Of a stretch of DNA of 64,000 nucleotides, positions 38,489 through 47,764 are shown piece after piece. This DNA comes from Trueperaceae bacterium (GTDB lineage: Bacteria; Deinococcota; Deinococci; Deinococcales; Trueperaceae): assembly GCA_965215565.1 (NCBI GenBank), contig CBDCDZ010000004.1, positions 1,472,001 through 1,536,000 on the forward strand, in the 5' to 3' direction. Both the position numbers and the translations under genes were made by a program. Position 1 is the stretch's first letter. Each line of letters opens with the position of its first letter. Under the pieces are notes generated by a model, which made no database searches, was not told where the DNA came from, and saw nothing but the letters and a program-made list of their open reading frames with translations.

Positions 38489-38872
38489 TCAAGAAATCGG
38501 AACGGTTCCGATTTCACAGGGCTCATCCAAACGGCTCTTTGCAAGCTCCACGAGTTGGCTAGGGCGAAAGGGTTTGTGGAGCGACGCGCTCTGGCGCACC
38601 TGCGTGGACGCCCGCTTGGGGCGGCGGCTCAGAAAGATGAGGGGTATGGCTGCGGTTTCGGGTGCGCCGCGCAACACCTCGGCGGGGAAGGTACCGCCCA
38701 CTTTGGGCAGCGTTCTGTCTAAAACGATGAGGTCAGGCGCAAAGGTACGCGCGAGCGAGACGCCCTCGCTCGCGGAGGCGGCGACGAGCACGTCGTAGCC
38801 TGCGGCGAGAAAGGATCGCTCGAGCCGCGCCAACAAAAACCGCTCATCGTCGATTAGAAGCACCCGTGGCAT
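38489..38872 (-). CDS. single-domain response regulator receiver
   Basis: VLLIDD, PDLIVLD, KPF. Confidence 0.85.
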   Translation of the reverse strand: MPRVLLIDDERFLLARLERSFLAAGYDVLVAASASEGVSLARTFAPDLIVLDRTLPKVGGTFPAEVLRGAPETAAIPLIFLSRRPKRASTQVRQSASLHKPFRPSQLVELAKSRLDEPCEIGTVPIS

Positions 38873-38912
38873 GTCCTAATCTAACGCGGCAACTGTGACA
38901 CGTCTGTGCGCA

Positions 38913-39947
38913 TTACCTCTCGAGGTACCCCAGCGGGTCCGCCGCGTACCCGTTAAAGCGCAGTTCGAAGTGCAGATGAGGTCCGGTGGACGCGCCCGTG
39001 CTGCCGACTTCGCCCAACACGTCCCCCTGCTGCACCCGCTGACCTCTCGAGACCGCAACGCGGCGCATGTGTGCGTAGCGGGTCTGTGCGCCGTTCGGAT
39101 GCTCGAGGTAGACGACGTAACCGTATGAGCCGCCCCAGCCCGAGCGTGTCACAACGCCGTCTTGCACCGCGAGAATCGGCGTACCGGGAGGCGCAGCGAT
39201 GTCCACGCCCGCGTGAAAGGTGTTGCCCCGCACCGAGATATTTCTGCGCCCGAAGCGCGAACTGACGCGCCCTTTTCTCGACAAGGGCCAGATGTAATTC
39301 TGTGCGGGCGGCTTATAGTTACGCAAAAGCTGCGGCGCACGGCTGACGAGTTGGACACTCTGCGCTTGAAGTTGGGCGCGGCGCTCAGTAGTTGAAGCGG
39401 GGGCTGAAGTGGGAAGTTCTTCGTTTGGCGCGGAGGTCAACCGTGTGGTGCTCAAGGCTCGAGCCGGTAAGAACACCCGCTGACCCGCCGCCAAGCTAGA
39501 GGCGTCCGTAAAACCGTTGAGCTTAATCAGTTCTTTGGGCGAGAGGCCGTACTCGAGCGCGAGCCCCAAGAGGTTCTGCCCCGCTTCTAAAGTCGTGAGC
39601 ACGCCGCGCTGGGGTGGAATGATGAGCGTGCCGCCGGGCAGCAGCGATGCACCAGGGGTGAGATTGGGATTGACGGCTTCCAGCGTCGCCACATCTAAGT
39701 CATAGCGCGTCGCTATACTCGCCCAGGTCTCCCCCGCCCCAACCGTATGTACTTTGAACGAGGGCGGCAAGCCGGGGACGCTTGTATTCGGAAGCTGCAA
39801 AGTCTGTCCGACACGAATGACCGTGCTGTTCAAACCGTTGAGCCGCATGAGGTCAGCGACGCTCGAGTCGTAACGCGCCGCCAACGCCGCGAGCGTATCA
39901 CCAGAAACAACCGTGTGCGTTTGTGCGGACGTGATAGCGAAAGACAA
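38913..39947 (-). CDS. LysM-repeat M23 family peptidase (true start probably further upstream)
   Basis: Three LysM repeats; HAGVD, YAHM, STGPHLHFE. Confidence 0.9.
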   Translation of the reverse strand: MSFAITSAQTHTVVSGDTLAALAARYDSSVADLMRLNGLNSTVIRVGQTLQLPNTSVPGLPPSFKVHTVGAGETWASIATRYDLDVATLEAVNPNLTPGASLLPGGTLIIPPQRGVLTTLEAGQNLLGLALEYGLSPKELIKLNGFTDASSLAAGQRVFLPARALSTTRLTSAPNEELPTSAPASTTERRAQLQAQSVQLVSRAPQLLRNYKPPAQNYIWPLSRKGRVSSRFGRRNISVRGNTFHAGVDIAAPPGTPILAVQDGVVTRSGWGGSYGYVVYLEHPNGAQTRYAHMRRVAVSRGQRVQQGDVLGEVGSTGASTGPHLHFELRFNGYAADPLGYLER

Positions 39948-40119
39948 AAAAAAGAGGAGCAGGATGCTTATCGCAAGCCCCTTGCACCTCTTTTTAACAG
40001 TGACGTTCGTTGTGACGCCTATTGTAACAAAGGTATTCAGAACGCTAGCCCCGGAGGTAATTTTGCAGCCTAGTTCCGCTAAACAATGAGACTAAGCTGC
40101 AATCACCTCAACGCTAGCA

Positions 40120-41742
40120 TTACCCCTGACCCAAGGTTGACAAAAAGTCCGCATTGCTCTTTGTGCGCCCTAAGCGCGACAAGAGCATGTCCATCGCTTC
40201 GGCGGGGTCCATATCGCTGATGACCTTGCGCAGGAGCCACATCTTGGCTAAGACCTCTTCACCCAGGAGCAAATCTTCGCGGCGCGTGCTCGACTTCAAA
40301 ATGTCGATGGCGGGGAAGATGCGGCGCTCTTCCAAGCGGCGCGAGAGGTGCAGTTCCATGTTGCCCGTGCCCTTAAATTCCTCGAAGATAACGTCGTCCA
40401 TGCGCGAACCTGTCTCGACCAACGCCGTCGCCATGATGGACAGCGAACCGCCCCCGCGAATATTGCGCGCCGCGCCTAAAAAACGCTTAGGCCAGTGCAG
40501 CGCCGAGGAATCGAGACCGCCCGAGAGCGTGCGGCCTGTCGGCGGCGTGACCAAGTTGTTCGCTCGCGCTAAGCGCGTGATCGAATCGAGGAGAATCATC
40601 ACGTGCCCACCCTCTTCGACGATGCGGCGACTTCTCTCGTGCACGAATTCCGCCACGCGGATGTGATTCGTGGGCGGCTCGTCAAAGGTGCTCGCAATCA
40701 CCTCGACGCCCGAGACCGACTCGCGAAAGTCCGTGACCTCTTCGGGGCGCTCGTCCACTAGGAGGACGATAACGGTGATGTCAGGCTCGTTGGTGACAAC
40801 GGAGTTGGCGATCTTTTTGAGAAGCGTCGTTTTACCCGCTTTGGGCGGCGCGACGATCAGCCCACGCTGACCGCGCCCAATAGGAGCTAAGAGGTCGATG
40901 ACGCGAGCAGCAACTTCGTTTTGAGTGGTCTCTAACTGAATCCGCTCCTCGGGGAACGTCGGCACGAGGTCATCGAAACGGGGGCGCTTCGCGGCTTGGA
41001 AGGGGTCTACCCCGTTGACCGCTTCGACGCGGATGAGGGTGCCGTAGCGCTCGTTGTCACGCGGCTTGCGCGACTTGCCTAAGATCATATCGCCGGTGCG
41101 GAGCTTGAACTGCTTGATGAGCCCGGCGGAAACGATGACCGAGCGGGTGTTGTTTTGCAGCAGAGACTCCTGCAAAAAGCCGTAACCGTCACTGGAGATT
41201 TCCAGGTATCCTTTGACGAGCTTGAGCCCTTCACCCTCCGCCGAGCGCTCCAAAATCGCCACAGAGAGGTCCTCTTTGTCCATCTGGCGGTAGTCCGAGA
41301 GCCCGACCTCTTTCGCTAAGAGGTGCAACTCGGGCAAGATTTTAGACTGTAAGTCGCGGTAGTTGAGGCTCTGCCGCCGGGAGCGCTGGCTGCGCCCGCG
41401 TCCGCGCCGAGTCTGTCGCTCTTTGCTCTTGGTCTCATCGGCTTCGCCGCTCTCCGCGTCGCTCTCATCCGCCGCCTGGCTCACCTCTTCTTCGGCGCTC
41501 TCTTCGGGCTTGGGCGCTTGCTTCTTGGGGCGTCCGCGCTTTTTAGGTAGAGCCTCCGTTTGAGTTTCTACCTCTTCAGCTTGCGCTTCGGCCGCTTCAC
41601 CCACACTGCTGGTCTCATCGGTCTTTTTCTTGCGCCCGCTTCCTTTCGGACGCCCGCGCCGTTTGGGTTTTTCGGCTTCGGTCTGCTCGCTACCTTGCGC
41701 GACAGTCTCGTCCACCGTGTCCACTTCTTGTACTTTGGTCAT
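40120..41742 (-). CDS. rho: transcription termination factor Rho with N-terminal extension
   Basis: DGYGFL, PIGRGQRGLIVAPPKAGKT, DSITRLARA, EEFKGTGNME. Confidence 0.97.
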   Translation of the reverse strand: MTKVQEVDTVDETVAQGSEQTEAEKPKRRGRPKGSGRKKKTDETSSVGEAAEAQAEEVETQTEALPKKRGRPKKQAPKPEESAEEEVSQAADESDAESGEADETKSKERQTRRGRGRSQRSRRQSLNYRDLQSKILPELHLLAKEVGLSDYRQMDKEDLSVAILERSAEGEGLKLVKGYLEISSDGYGFLQESLLQNNTRSVIVSAGLIKQFKLRTGDMILGKSRKPRDNERYGTLIRVEAVNGVDPFQAAKRPRFDDLVPTFPEERIQLETTQNEVAARVIDLLAPIGRGQRGLIVAPPKAGKTTLLKKIANSVVTNEPDITVIVLLVDERPEEVTDFRESVSGVEVIASTFDEPPTNHIRVAEFVHERSRRIVEEGGHVMILLDSITRLARANNLVTPPTGRTLSGGLDSSALHWPKRFLGAARNIRGGGSLSIMATALVETGSRMDDVIFEEFKGTGNMELHLSRRLEERRIFPAIDILKSSTRREDLLLGEEVLAKMWLLRKVISDMDPAEAMDMLLSRLGRTKSNADFLSTLGQG

Positions 41743-42430
41743 ATGCGCTCCACTCGCGCAGCGTTCCGGCTGCGGTTAGATTGATTCGGTTGGGTTAATT
41801 TCACTGCCGCGCCCGCAAAGCTCAGAAGGTGGCTAGACGCGGCGACGTTTACAAACACTGTTTCAGGCGTTGCTTTGAATAAAGTTGCAGCGAAGGGCCC
41901 ACAAGGTTTGCAAGAAAAATTCATACGTACTCCTGGTGTGTACGCCGCAAAGGTATCCGGTCCGAGTATTTTTAGCGGCACCTGGACGGGCCCCACACCT
42001 TGCAAAACAGCCGAGGGCAAACGCACTAGATAAGATGACATGTGCATTACTAAAGACTCAAACTGTACAGTATTTCGTTTATGGCTATACATATATGCCT
42101 CAAACGCTCTTAGATAGAGGGAAGTCGCGACCTGATTCGCTTGGGTTGAGTTGCCACAAGTAGATGCTATTACCACATAAGCAGTCGTCACGTGAGCGCG
42201 TAAGCCGCGCCCGTGCAAAACCTTAAACTCGGATGCTTCACCTTAACACGTCACAAAGAAAATACCAAGTTATTTAGGGATTGTCAGCGGGTATGCAGCG
42301 CAGCGTATTGACGCCGTGTAAAGAGGCTGCTACGCTCTAGTATATGCAGGTTTCCGCACGATGTAAAGCGTTCTGACGACACAATTCTTTATAGAGTTTA
42401 TAGAGGCATCTTTAGCGGAGCCTGTAAAAA

Positions 42431-42764
42431 GCGATGACGGGAACGAGTAACCGGCAGTCTGAGCGAGCAGCGAGTTGGGGACGGTGAGAGCCCAGCGGCG
42501 AAGCGTCGGCGAATATCCTCCTCGAGCTGCGTACCTAAAAGTAGCCGTTAGCCCTTAGCAATTAGGTCTTAGCCAAGAAAAGCCAACCGCTAATCGCTAC
42601 CAAGTAAGTAGCGCCGTGCTCCGCACGTCATAGCGGAAGACTTTTCGCCCGCACATGCGAGAAGTCACCGAGGTCAAGATTGCGAAATCTTGGTAAAGTT
42701 GGGTGGTATCACGCTTATCTATACTTTAGGCGTCCCAATGCTTAGCGGCGTGGGGCGCTTTTTT
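42431..42764 (+). promoter_or_regulatory. T-box riboswitch (Ile specifier)
   Basis: GCGATGA..AGTA, AG box, GGTGAGA, specifier GAATATCC with ATC at 42515-42517, T-box GGGTGGTATCACG at 42701, terminator ending in a T-tract at 42764; upstream of ileS. Confidence 0.92.
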
Positions 42765-42842
42765 CTTGCTCCAAAGACAAAAGAGGTAAGAGGTGGAAAA
42801 CTAGTTTTCATCTCCAAGTTTCTCCTTTTCACTGAGGTGCGT

Positions 42843-45800
42843 ATGTTCAAAAATGTTAGTAGCGCAAATTTTCCTAAGCTCGAGCAAGAGGTCAGCCAGT
42901 TCTGGCGCGAGCAGGATATCTTTCGCAAGTCGGTGGACAAACCTTCTGATAAAGGCGACTACATCTTTTATGAAGGTCCGCCCACCGCGAACGGCAAGCC
43001 GGGCGTGCACCATGTCATCTCGAGAGCCTTCAAAGACCTCTTCCCCCGCTTCAAGACGATGCAGGGCTATAGAGTCGGGCGCAAAGGCGGCTGGGACACG
43101 CACGGTTTACCTGTCGAGTTGGAAATCGAAAAGAAGCTCGGCTTCAGCGGTAAAAAAGACATCGAAAACTTTGGCATCGGCGAATTCAACAAACTCGCCA
43201 AAGAATCGGCGTTCGAGTACATCCAAGAGTGGAACGCCATGACCGAGCGCATCGGCTTTTGGCTCGACTTGCAAGACCCGTACGTTACGTACGAAAACTC
43301 GTATATCGAGTCGTGCTGGTGGGTGATGAAGTCACTGTGGGAGCGTGGGCTTCTATTCGAAGACTACAAGGTGACGATGCACTGCCCGCGCTGTAACACC
43401 TCACTGGCGGACCATGAGGTTTCGCAGGGCTACAAGGATGACGTGGATGACCCCTCGGTCTATCCCAAGTTCCCGGCGCATAAGGATAGGCTCTTGGAGC
43501 TTGGCATTTTGGAGGACGACTCGAGAGAGGTCTACGTTTTAGCTTGGACCACGACGCCCTGGACGCTCGCGGCGAACACAGGGTTAGCCGTGAAAGCCGA
43601 CGCGCAGTACGGGCTTTACGACGCGCCGCGCACGCATGATGGCAAAGAGGTCCGCGAAGAGCGCGACCTCTACATCATCGCTACGGAGTTGGAGGAACAC
43701 GTCTTCGGCGAACACGCTACGCTCCTCAAGACCTTTTCGGGTGACACGCTTGTCGGGCTGACTTACAATCCCATCCTGCAAGGGCGCGTTCCGGCAGGTG
43801 AGGACACCGCCAAAGGCTTCCGCGTCATCGCCGACGAGATGGTGAGCTTGGACGACGGTACGGGCGTCGTCCACTTAGCGCCCGCTTACGGCGATTTGGA
43901 ACTCGGCAAGACCTACGGGCTACCCACGCTCTTCTCCGTTGACCTCTCGGGTGAGATGTATCCAGAGGTGAAGCTCGAGGATAGTAGCGCCGACGGACCC
44001 TACACCGGACAGTTCTTCAAAAAAGCGGACAAGCACATCTCGAGGGATTTACTGGAAAACGGGCTCATGTACCGCGCCGGACGCCTCAAGCACACCTACC
44101 CCTTCTGCTGGCGCTGCGACACCGCGCTGCTCTTCTACGCGAAAAGCTCGTGGTACGTGCGCACAACGGCGGTGAAAGACAAGCTCTTAGCGAACAACCA
44201 GGACATCAACTGGTACCCCGAACACATTAAAGGGGGACGCTTCGGGCGGTGGTTGGAGAACAACGTCGATTGGGCCTTGTCCAGAGAGCGGTATTGGGGC
44301 GCGCCGCTGCCGATTTGGGTCTCTGAGGACGGACAAGAGCAGCACTGCGTGGGAAGCGTCGCGGAACTCTCCGAACTGACCGGGCAAGATTTTTCGGATT
44401 TAGAACTCCACCGCCCTTATGTTGACGACATCACCTTCCAAAAAGATGGGAAGACGTTTAAGCGTCTTCCCTACACCGTAGACGTCTGGTTCGAGTCTGG
44501 CGCAATGCCCTACGCGCAGTGGCACTACCCCTTTGAGAACGAGGACAAACTCGCGCCGAACTTCCCCGCGGACTACATCTGCGAGGCGGTTGACCAGACA
44601 AGAGGGTGGTTCTATAGCCTCCACGCCATCGCCACCCTCTTGACCGACTCGGGTAACGGGGAACGGCAGCCCGGTACGCTTGCGCACATCGAGCAAGACA
44701 CCTCCGCTTTTAAGAACTGCATCGTTTTAGGTCATATCACCGACGAAAAGGGCAACAAGATGTCCAAATCTCGCGGCAACGCTGTTGACCCTTGGAAGGT
44801 GCTGGAGGAGCAAGGAGCCGACGCGCTGAGGTGGTACTTGTACGCCGCCTCGCCGCCCGGCAACCAGAAGCGGTTCTCGCAGAACTTAGTAGACGAGACC
44901 CTGCGCGACTTCTTCATGACCTTGTGGAACACGTACAGCTTTTTCGTCTTATACGCGAATCTGGACAAGCCCAACTTGACGCAAGAGGTTCCGGTTGGTG
45001 AAAGGGCAGAAATCGACCGCTGGCTCGTGTCTAAAGTCAACGCACTGGCGCAAGAGGTTACGGAGAACTTGGAGGGATATGACCCGACTAGCTCGAGCCG
45101 CGCGGTCCGCAATTTCGTAGTGGATGACCTCTCGAACTGGTACGTGCGCAGAAACCGCCGCCGCTTCTGGAAGTCCGAGAGCGACACGGACAAGCTCGCC
45201 GCTTATAAAACGCTCCACGAAGCCCTCGTAACGGTGGCAAAACTGATGGCTCCGATGGCTCCTTTTACGAGCGAACATCTGTACCAAAACTTAGTCCTTT
45301 CCGTTTTTCCGAACGAACCCGAATCCGTCCACCTGGCAAGCTGGCCCACCTTCGACACCTCTTTAATCGACACCGAGCTGTTGCGCGATATGAACGCGCT
45401 CATCCGCGTCGTCGAACTCGGGCGGGGAGCGCGAGCCGCCTCGGGGATGAAGACGCGCCAACCTCTTCCCGAGGTCTTGGTGCGCGTGCGGAGCAGCGAG
45501 GAGTTGCAGGGATTGAAGCGACTCGAGCCTCAACTCCTGGAAGAACTCAACGTCAAAAAGGCGACCTACTTAGACGTTACCGCTGACTTTGTGGATTACA
45601 ACGTCAAACCCAACTTGCCCTTAATCGGCAAACGCCTGGGCAAGCTCGTCCCGGAGATGAAACGCAAGCTCGCAGAGGTGGACGGCAAAGAGATCGCTCG
45701 CAACATCCGCGAAGGAAAAGAAACCGTGCTAGAACTCGGCGGCGAAGAGCACACCTTTGAGCCCGAAGCGTTTCTGATCGACGCGAAAAGCCCCGAAGGG

Positions 45801-46145
45801 TACGCGGCTTTAGAGGAGCGCGGTTACTTAGCGGCGCTAAACACGCAGCTCACGCCCGAGCTGGAGCAAGAGGGTTTGATGCGCGATGTGATTCGGCTCG
45901 TGCAAAATGCGCGGAAGAATGCGGGGTTGGAGGTGTCCGACAAGATTGTGCTGGGGTTAGGGACCTCCGGCGAGGTGCAAGCAGCTTTGGAGACGCACCG
46001 AGAGACCGTTCAAAATGAGGTTTTAGCGGAGAGCTTGGAGTTTTCACCTGTGGAGGATGCGCTTCACAGTGAGCAAGAAGAGGTTGAGGGGACATCTGTT
46101 GTGATCAGCTTGAAGAAGGCGGAGGTTGCAGCCGAAACAGCGTAA
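42843..46145 (+). CDS. ileS: isoleucine--tRNA ligase, type 2
   Basis: GPPTANG, GWDTHGLP, WTTTPWT, SRERYWG, KMSKS; ATG 42843 after GAGGTG; Ile T-box. Confidence 0.96.
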   Translation: MFKNVSSANFPKLEQEVSQFWREQDIFRKSVDKPSDKGDYIFYEGPPTANGKPGVHHVISRAFKDLFPRFKTMQGYRVGRKGGWDTHGLPVELEIEKKLGFSGKKDIENFGIGEFNKLAKESAFEYIQEWNAMTERIGFWLDLQDPYVTYENSYIESCWWVMKSLWERGLLFEDYKVTMHCPRCNTSLADHEVSQGYKDDVDDPSVYPKFPAHKDRLLELGILEDDSREVYVLAWTTTPWTLAANTGLAVKADAQYGLYDAPRTHDGKEVREERDLYIIATELEEHVFGEHATLLKTFSGDTLVGLTYNPILQGRVPAGEDTAKGFRVIADEMVSLDDGTGVVHLAPAYGDLELGKTYGLPTLFSVDLSGEMYPEVKLEDSSADGPYTGQFFKKADKHISRDLLENGLMYRAGRLKHTYPFCWRCDTALLFYAKSSWYVRTTAVKDKLLANNQDINWYPEHIKGGRFGRWLENNVDWALSRERYWGAPLPIWVSEDGQEQHCVGSVAELSELTGQDFSDLELHRPYVDDITFQKDGKTFKRLPYTVDVWFESGAMPYAQWHYPFENEDKLAPNFPADYICEAVDQTRGWFYSLHAIATLLTDSGNGERQPGTLAHIEQDTSAFKNCIVLGHITDEKGNKMSKSRGNAVDPWKVLEEQGADALRWYLYAASPPGNQKRFSQNLVDETLRDFFMTLWNTYSFFVLYANLDKPNLTQEVPVGERAEIDRWLVSKVNALAQEVTENLEGYDPTSSSRAVRNFVVDDLSNWYVRRNRRRFWKSESDTDKLAAYKTLHEALVTVAKLMAPMAPFTSEHLYQNLVLSVFPNEPESVHLASWPTFDTSLIDTELLRDMNALIRVVELGRGARAASGMKTRQPLPEVLVRVRSSEELQGLKRLEPQLLEELNVKKATYLDVTADFVDYNVKPNLPLIGKRLGKLVPEMKRKLAEVDGKEIARNIREGKETVLELGGEEHTFEPEAFLIDAKSPEGYAALEERGYLAALNTQLTPELEQEGLMRDVIRLVQNARKNAGLEVSDKIVLGLGTSGEVQAALETHRETVQNEVLAESLEFSPVEDALHSEQEEVEGTSVVISLKKAEVAAETA

Positions 46146-46159
46146 AAATGTCGGACTCG

Positions 46160-46194
46160 AAGAGGTGTAGAAAAGTTTTTACACCTCTTTTTTT
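46160..46194 (+). terminator. intrinsic terminator after ileS
   Basis: AAGAGGTGTA..TACACCTCTT followed by a T-tract. Confidence 0.8.
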
Positions 46195-46213
46195 ATCATT
46201 AGACCGTACTTGC

Positions 46214-46784
46214 TCATCCTCGGTCTTTTCTTTTGTAAAGCTCGTCGGAATAAGCCTGTAGACGCTGAACTAAGCGAAAAATTGTGGTTGCTGGATTACA
46301 TTGAGCCGGTGTCTTTCCAGTCGAGTTGTTCAGTAACTTCTCCGCATTGCTGATAGCCGTGGATGTGAGTTTTCTCAAAACTTCGTAGTGTCCTCTCCTC
46401 TTGTTAAAATCTGGAATTGTAGAGTTGAGAACCTTCACGTAATCTTTAGGGGCTGACGCGGATACGTGATAGTTGAAATGCAGCACAAACCAAAGCTCGA
46501 AACAACTATTGGACCATCCCGCATCCATTCCCGATTTCTCACCAAGCTGTTTAATGACGTTGTTGAAGCTTTGATCGTCTATCTAGTCTTTATCGAAAAT
46601 ACACCAGACCTCATCATAGCTCCCACGCTTTTTATACCCTTCAGCCTTGCGAAGCAGAGTTTTAGGATCGTTGCCTACGCCCGATACTTCTACCTGCGCA
46701 TTAACACGTAGGTCTCGCGCAAGTGAGTTGAAATAGTTTGGCTCTGTCTCTTCTCCCTCACAGATTATAAGAAAGACTTTTCTA
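46214..46784 (-). pseudogene. RloB-domain gene, nonsense-interrupted and cut by an IS
   Basis: FLIICEGEETEPNYF, VWCIFDKD, in-frame TAG at 46583-46585, then WSNSCFELWFVLHF..NPATTIFRLV in the same frame. Confidence 0.85.
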
Positions 46785-47694
46785 GAGGGTGTTTGAGAAA
46801 TCCCCCCACCTATGTTTAGGTAGGGGGTGAATGGTACAGCGAAAGCAGTATACAACGGACATGAAAGAGAAAGAGTGGCGGTTGCTCGAGCCCTACTTAG
46901 CGAAACTGATGCCTGAGCCAAAACGAGGACGTAGAACAAGCTATAAGCTCAGGCGGCTGATTGACGCAGTACGCTACGTTTTGAGAAACGGCTGCACCTG
47001 GCGAGATTTGCCAGGGGATTTTCCCCCCGTGGCAGAGTGTGTACTATCACTTTGCAAAGTGGCGCACCACGGGCACTTCCTTCGGTCGCAAAGCAGGGTT
47101 GTGGCGCAAACTGAACAAGCATCTTAGACGCAAGCTGCGTAAGACGTTAGGACGCAACCAAGAGCCAAGTGCTGGTTGCGCGGATAGTCAATCAGTTAAA
47201 GCAGGTAGCTTGCACACCAACGGCTACGACGGTGCAAAAAGTATCAACGGTAGAAAAAGGCATCTACTTGTAGATACGCTTGGGCTGGTGCTAAGCGTGT
47301 TGGTGACGAAAGCGAATATGCCTGAACGCAAGGGGCTATCACGTCTGCTTCAGAAAAGTAGGTACGCGCTGCCGAGGCTTCACCATCTGTGGCTTGATAG
47401 GGGTTACAAGGGTATTGCCTTCGTTAAGCGCATCCTCTTGTGTTTCGGCGTGGTACTTGAGATTGTAGCGCGTCGCAACAGCAAACACTTTGGGCTACAA
47501 GCGAGACGTTGGGTTGTCGAGAGGACTTTTGCATGGCTCGGAAACTACCGCCGTCTCAGCAAAGACTATGAAACCCTTCCCTCATCAAGCGAGGCGTTCA
47601 TCTACCTGGCAAGCTGTGACCTCATGACTAAGCGTCTCGCTAAAACTAATCACGCGCCCTGGAGAAAGAGGTGAGTCTATTCCAAAACACCCTC
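46785..47694 (+). mobile_element. IS5-family insertion sequence (910 bp)
   Basis: Terminal inverted repeats GAGGGTGTTT / AAACACCCTC flanked by TA on both sides; internal DDE transposase. Confidence 0.92.
46831..47674 (+). CDS. IS5-family transposase split by a frameshift
   Basis: YTTD..W, GCTWRDLPGDFPP, then shifted WQSVYYHF, DSQSVK, GRKRHLLVDTLG, DRGY, RWVVERTFAWL; extra C in the C6 run at 47023-47028. Confidence 0.88.
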
Positions 47695-47764
47695 TAGCTA
47701 CAGAATTGGTAGCCGAGGTCGTTCCCGTCGATATATAGACCTGCTAGGAACTGTGGCCTGCACT

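Noticed and set aside
41739..42218. 159-aa and 92-aa ORFs upstream of rho
   Set aside because: No motifs, atypical composition, no RBS; more likely a regulatory region.
42690..42842. Longer ileS start in the ORF track
   Set aside because: It runs through the T-box antiterminator/terminator; ATG 42843 has an SD.
47697..47760. VQATVPSRSIYRRERPRLPIL as the original rloB N-terminus
   Set aside because: Removing the IS and one TA does not place it in frame with RKVFLIIC; unresolved.
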